Origin: a bacterium
GTDB lineage: Bacteria; BMS3Abin14
Assembly: GCA_020350725.1 (NCBI GenBank)
Contig: CP070719.1
Span: 1,579,404-1,643,403 of the forward strand
Direction of reading: 5' to 3'
Length of the DNA stretch: 64,000 bases
Numbering within the stretch: position 1 is the stretch's first letter; each line of letters starts with the position of its first letter. The notes beneath the pieces were generated by a model. That model worked only from the letters and a program-made list of their open reading frames with translations. It had not been told where the DNA came from and did no database searches. The translations under genes and the position numbers were made by a program. Shown piece after piece: positions 60,271-64,000 of the stretch.

Positions 60271-62387
60271 GGGTAGAACACCTTTCCTTCCTTTGCCATT
60301 TGAACGAGAGACCCGGCGGGGGAGAACCGGTGCCCCGCTTCCTCGCTGAGCTTGCCCAGTGTCTCCGTCACCCTGACGGCCCCCGCGGAATCAGCATACC
60401 GTAACAGCCCTCCTGTGAAGGGCGGAAAGCCCGCCCCGAGGACCATGGCCGCGTCCACGGCCTCCGGTGTATTCACGACATCCTCCTCGAGGACCAGCGC
60501 CGCCTCATTGATCATGGGATAGATGAGCCGGTGCACGATCTCCTCCGGGGTAAAGGACCTGGTCCCCTTGATATGGGGGGCCAGGATGTTTTTGACGGTG
60601 GGATCCGGCTGACGGTTTCCGGCCCTGTCGTAAAGGTAGAAACCCTTGCCGGCCTTCTTTCCCAGCCTGCCGGCCTCGATCATGGCCTGAAAGATCGGCG
60701 ATGGGGTCATCCTGTCGCCGAACCCCTCGAACATGCTCCTTCCCGCGTGGGACGCGATGTCCAGGCCAACCTGGTCCAGGAGGTAATAGACGCCCATGGG
60801 CATGCCGAAGTCCATCAGGGCCCGGTCCACACTTTCGATGTCAGCGCCCTCCTCGAGGAGCACGGCGGCCTCGTTCATGTAGGGCAGAAGCAGGCGATTG
60901 ACCAGGAATCCCGGCCTGTCCCTGACGACCACGGGCACCTTGCCCAGGAGCCGAGCGAAGGCGGCCGTCCTTTCCACTGTTGCATCGGAGGTCCTCTCGC
61001 CCCTGATCACCTCCACGAGCGGCATGCGGTCCACGGGGTTGAAGAAATGCAGACCGGCCACCCGTTCCGGATGAGGGACGTCCTCGGCCATCCGGGTGAC
61101 CGACAGGGAGGACGTGTTGGTTAGGATGAGGGTGTCATCGGAGACCTTGGCCGCCGCCTCGGCGAAGACCGCTTTCTTGACATCCATACGCTCGGCCACA
61201 GCCTCGATGACCACGTCGGCACTTCCGATCCAGCGCATGCCGGTATCGGGGCTGATCCGGGTGGGGATCCACTGGGCATCGATGTCCGTGTATCGGCCTT
61301 TCCGTCTCTTGGTCGCGACGTCGTGATGGAGGAATCTCATGGCCGAGCCCAGGGCCCCGTCTGACCTGTCCACCAGGCGGACGTTCAGGCCGTGTTCCGC
61401 CGCCAGGGCGGCGATCCCCCCTCCCATGGCGCCGGCGCCGATCACCGAGAGGTCGGCGATCCCCGCCGCCGGGGATTTGTCCCCCCTGGCGAAAGACTCC
61501 CTCAGGTGAAAGACCCCGATGAGCCTCTTGGAGACCTCCGTGACCGCCATCTCGCCGAGGATGCGGGCCTCGTAGGCCAATCCCTTTTCCATGCCGTGGT
61601 TGAGACCGTACTCAACGGCAGCGATGGCGGCCAGGGGGGCGGGATAGTGGCTGCGGGTTTTCTCGATCACCGCCCTGCGGGCCCTGTTGGCGATGACCTT
61701 CCGGCCCGGTCGAAACCTCTCCATATTCTCTTCCACGACCCTGCCGAGCGTTCTTTTTCGTTTTCCTGTACTCAGCCGGCCCTCGACGGCCGCCATGGCC
61801 GCGTCCAGGAGATGTTCCGTCGCGGTGACCTCGTTGACGAGGCCGATCCTCTTTGCCTGTCCCGCATAGACGGGCGAACCGGTTGTGATCATGCGCAGCG
61901 ACTCGGCGAGCCCCACCAGCCGGGGCAGGCGCTGCGTGCCCCCGAAACCGGGTATGATCCCCAGCTGTGTCTCGGGCAGCCCGAGGAAAGTTCCCGCCGA
62001 GTCGCTGACCACCCGATAGTCGCAGGCCAGGGCGAACTCGAGGCCTCCTCCGAGGCAGGAGCCGTTGATGGCCGCCGCGGTGGGAACGGGAAGCGACGCC
62101 AGGCGGTCGAAGACCCGCTGGCCTTTTGCGGCCAGTTCGGCTCCCCTAACGGCGTCGTCGATCCCCTCGATAAGGGACAGGTCGGCTCCGGCGATGAAGT
62201 TGTTCCCCTTCCCGGAGATGAATATCGCTCCCCGGAGGGCGTCCGCCATTTCCTCCAGGTCGCTCAGGAGAACATTCAGCTCCTCCAGGACCTCGAGATT
62301 GAGGATATTGACCTTCGATCCGGGAAGGTCGAGGGTGACGACGGCCACCCCGTCCAGGATGTTGAAAGAGAGGGCGTTCACGGTCAT
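60267..62387 (-). CDS. fadJ: Fatty acid oxidation complex alpha subunit (enoyl-CoA hydratase / 3-hydroxyacyl-CoA dehydrogenase)
   Basis: FIAGAD, CLGGGLE, GLPETQLGIIPGFGGTQRLPR, GAGAMGGGIA, NTSS, HFFNPV, PGFLVNR. Confidence 0.9.
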   Translation of the reverse strand: MTVNALSFNILDGVAVVTLDLPGSKVNILNLEVLEELNVLLSDLEEMADALRGAIFISGKGNNFIAGADLSLIEGIDDAVRGAELAAKGQRVFDRLASLPVPTAAAINGSCLGGGLEFALACDYRVVSDSAGTFLGLPETQLGIIPGFGGTQRLPRLVGLAESLRMITTGSPVYAGQAKRIGLVNEVTATEHLLDAAMAAVEGRLSTGKRKRTLGRVVEENMERFRPGRKVIANRARRAVIEKTRSHYPAPLAAIAAVEYGLNHGMEKGLAYEARILGEMAVTEVSKRLIGVFHLRESFARGDKSPAAGIADLSVIGAGAMGGGIAALAAEHGLNVRLVDRSDGALGSAMRFLHHDVATKRRKGRYTDIDAQWIPTRISPDTGMRWIGSADVVIEAVAERMDVKKAVFAEAAAKVSDDTLILTNTSSLSVTRMAEDVPHPERVAGLHFFNPVDRMPLVEVIRGERTSDATVERTAAFARLLGKVPVVVRDRPGFLVNRLLLPYMNEAAVLLEEGADIESVDRALMDFGMPMGVYYLLDQVGLDIASHAGRSMFEGFGDRMTPSPIFQAMIEAGRLGKKAGKGFYLYDRAGNRQPDPTVKNILAPHIKGTRSFTPEEIVHRLIYPMINEAALVLEEDVVNTPEAVDAAMVLGAGFPPFTGGLLRYADSAGAVRVTETLGKLSEEAGHRFSPAGSLVQMAKEGKVFYP

Positions 62388-63670
62388 GTCCTTCTGAACA
62401 GGACAGCCGCTCCCTGCCCGCCCCCGACGCAGAGGGTGGCAAGACCGAGATCGACCTCGCGGCGCCGCATCTCCAGGAGGAGGGTCAGGATGATACGTGT
62501 CCCGGATGAACCGACGGGATGGCCCATGGCGATGGCTCCGCCGTTGACGTTCAAGATGGTTCTGTCAATGGCCCCGATGGCCCTGCATCCCAGGAAGTGC
62601 TCCGATAGACTGTCATCGGCGAAGACCATCTCGTTGGCGATGATCTGGGCGGCGAAGGCCTCGTTCATCTCCATGAGGCCGATCTCCGAATACTCCATTC
62701 CGGTCTTCTCCAGGAGAAGGGATGTGGCGTAGGACGGCCCCAGGCCCATCCGCTTCGGTTCCAGGCCGGCGAAGGAGTGGTCGACCAGATAACCAATGGG
62801 TTCAAGACCCAGTCTGGCGGCCGCTGTCTCGGTGGTGACGAGGACGGCCGCCCCCCCGTCGGTGATCTGAGACGCGTTGCCCGCTGTGACGGAGCCGTAC
62901 GTCCGGTCGAAGACCGGCCTGAGCTTGGCCAGCTGCTCCATGGTCTGGTGGGGGCGAATGCCGTTGTCGAATGAGATCCGGCCTTCAAAATTCGGGGGCG
63001 CGAACACCGGCATGATCTCCTCTGCGAACCGTCCCTCCTCGTGGGCCGCCGCCGCCCGCTGATGGCTCAGCAGGGCCAGTTCGTCCTGGGCCTGCCGGCT
63101 GATCCCGAGCTCCCTGGCCAGGACCTCGGCGGTCTGGCCCATGTTGAGGCCGCATGTGGGATCGGTCAGACCGAGCAGGAGGCCGACGCGGGGCGTGAAA
63201 TGTCTGGGCCGCACGGTCTTCAGGATGGAGAGTTTTTCCTTCCACGACATCGCCCGCTGGTATTTCGTCAGGATCTCGGCGGTCTCCTGCTGGAGAAAGA
63301 GGGGGATGTTGGTCATCGACTCCACTCCGCCGGCGACGACAACCTCGGCCTCGCCGGTGGCGATGGACTGGGCGGCGGAGATCACGGATTGGATTCCCGA
63401 GGCGCAGTTTCGGTGGACGGTGTAGGCCGGGACATTCTCCGGAACGCCTGCGTACAGGGAGATGACCCGGGCCACGTTCACCGCCTCGGGAGGCTGGGCC
63501 ACGTTGCCGATGATCACCGAATCCACCTCATCCGGGTCGATCCCGGTTCGAGCGATGAGCTCGGAGACCACCAGGCGGCCCAGGTCCGCGGCCGTCAGGT
63601 CCTTGAAGAGGGTGCCGGCTTTGATATAAGGGGTTCTCACCCCGCCCGCTATGACGATCCGATCGCTCAT
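62384..63670 (-). CDS. fadI: Acetyl-CoA C-acyltransferase (thiolase, beta subunit)
   Basis: NCASG, NEAFAAQ, GGAIAMGHPVGSSG, CVGGGQG. Confidence 0.9.
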   Translation of the reverse strand: MSDRIVIAGGVRTPYIKAGTLFKDLTAADLGRLVVSELIARTGIDPDEVDSVIIGNVAQPPEAVNVARVISLYAGVPENVPAYTVHRNCASGIQSVISAAQSIATGEAEVVVAGGVESMTNIPLFLQQETAEILTKYQRAMSWKEKLSILKTVRPRHFTPRVGLLLGLTDPTCGLNMGQTAEVLARELGISRQAQDELALLSHQRAAAAHEEGRFAEEIMPVFAPPNFEGRISFDNGIRPHQTMEQLAKLRPVFDRTYGSVTAGNASQITDGGAAVLVTTETAAARLGLEPIGYLVDHSFAGLEPKRMGLGPSYATSLLLEKTGMEYSEIGLMEMNEAFAAQIIANEMVFADDSLSEHFLGCRAIGAIDRTILNVNGGAIAMGHPVGSSGTRIILTLLLEMRRREVDLGLATLCVGGGQGAAVLFRRT

Positions 63671-63999
63671 CTCGATCCGCCTCCTTCATTCGGTTCCCGG
63701 TGGCCGGTTTCCCTGGCCGAGACCAGGTCGGTAAAGACCCTGCGCCCGGCTGATTCCAACCCATTGTTTCTGATCCGGAGATCATCCCGGAGGGTCCGTG
63801 CGGCCTCCTCTGTGAGATATCGGAGCCGGTTCAGATCGGTCGATATGTCCTCTCCGTCTTTCTTCCGTGCGTCGATGAGCGCCAGGGAGGCCAGCAGGCC
63901 GTAAAGGGCAAGGCTCAGGCGGGAGACCCGACGGAGGAAGAATTCATGACCCACCACGTCCCTGCCGTATTTCATCAGGCCGAGGTGGACCATCTTTCT
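63667..63999 (-). CDS. C-terminal part of a probable acyl-CoA dehydrogenase (starts beyond the window)
   Basis: Frame is open to the window end; KYGRDVV..EF.LRR resembles the ACAD9/VLCAD C-terminal helix bundle; overlaps the thiolase start. Confidence 0.6.
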   Translation of the reverse strand, partial: RKMVHLGLMKYGRDVVGHEFFLRRVSRLSLALYGLLASLALIDARKKDGEDISTDLNRLRYLTEEAARTLRDDLRIRNNGLESAGRRVFTDLVSARETGHREPNEGGGSR

Positions 64000-64000
64000 C

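Overview
A 64-kb, roughly 60% GC stretch of core chromosome from a bacterium with deltaproteobacterial (Desulfobacterota/Myxococcota-like) gene content; the taxonomy is inferred from gene families and synteny only. It holds about 52 CDS and one tRNA-Met. In order: recG, ndk, rlmN, an rpoH-like sigma factor, degP, an ABC exporter, nadB, a Tgl/PilF-like TPR protein with rodZ, a divergent EF-G paralogue, rnc-era-mgtE-recO-glyQ-glyS-dgt, an inverted lexA-small ORF-Y-family polymerase cassette, smc-roadblock-ftsY, acnB, two parvulin PPIases, nadE, a five-gene split glutamate synthase operon, and a beta-oxidation operon. I found no phage, IS, integrase or CRISPR. The most unusual signal is non-coding: more than a dozen intergenic spacers carry degenerate arrays with a fixed 7-nt period and a locus-specific unit. 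They usually start at or just after a stop codon and are often followed by a reverse-complementary array, and the glyS copy is duplicated together with the gene's 3' end. Other highlights are a candidate PolV-like three-gene mutagenesis cassette with its LexA operator, a DnaA-box/IHF/AT-rich cluster between recG and ndk, and a glutamate synthase apparently fed by a ferredoxin plus FAD oxidoreductase pair. All calls come from reading the sequence and recalling motifs; no database searches were run.
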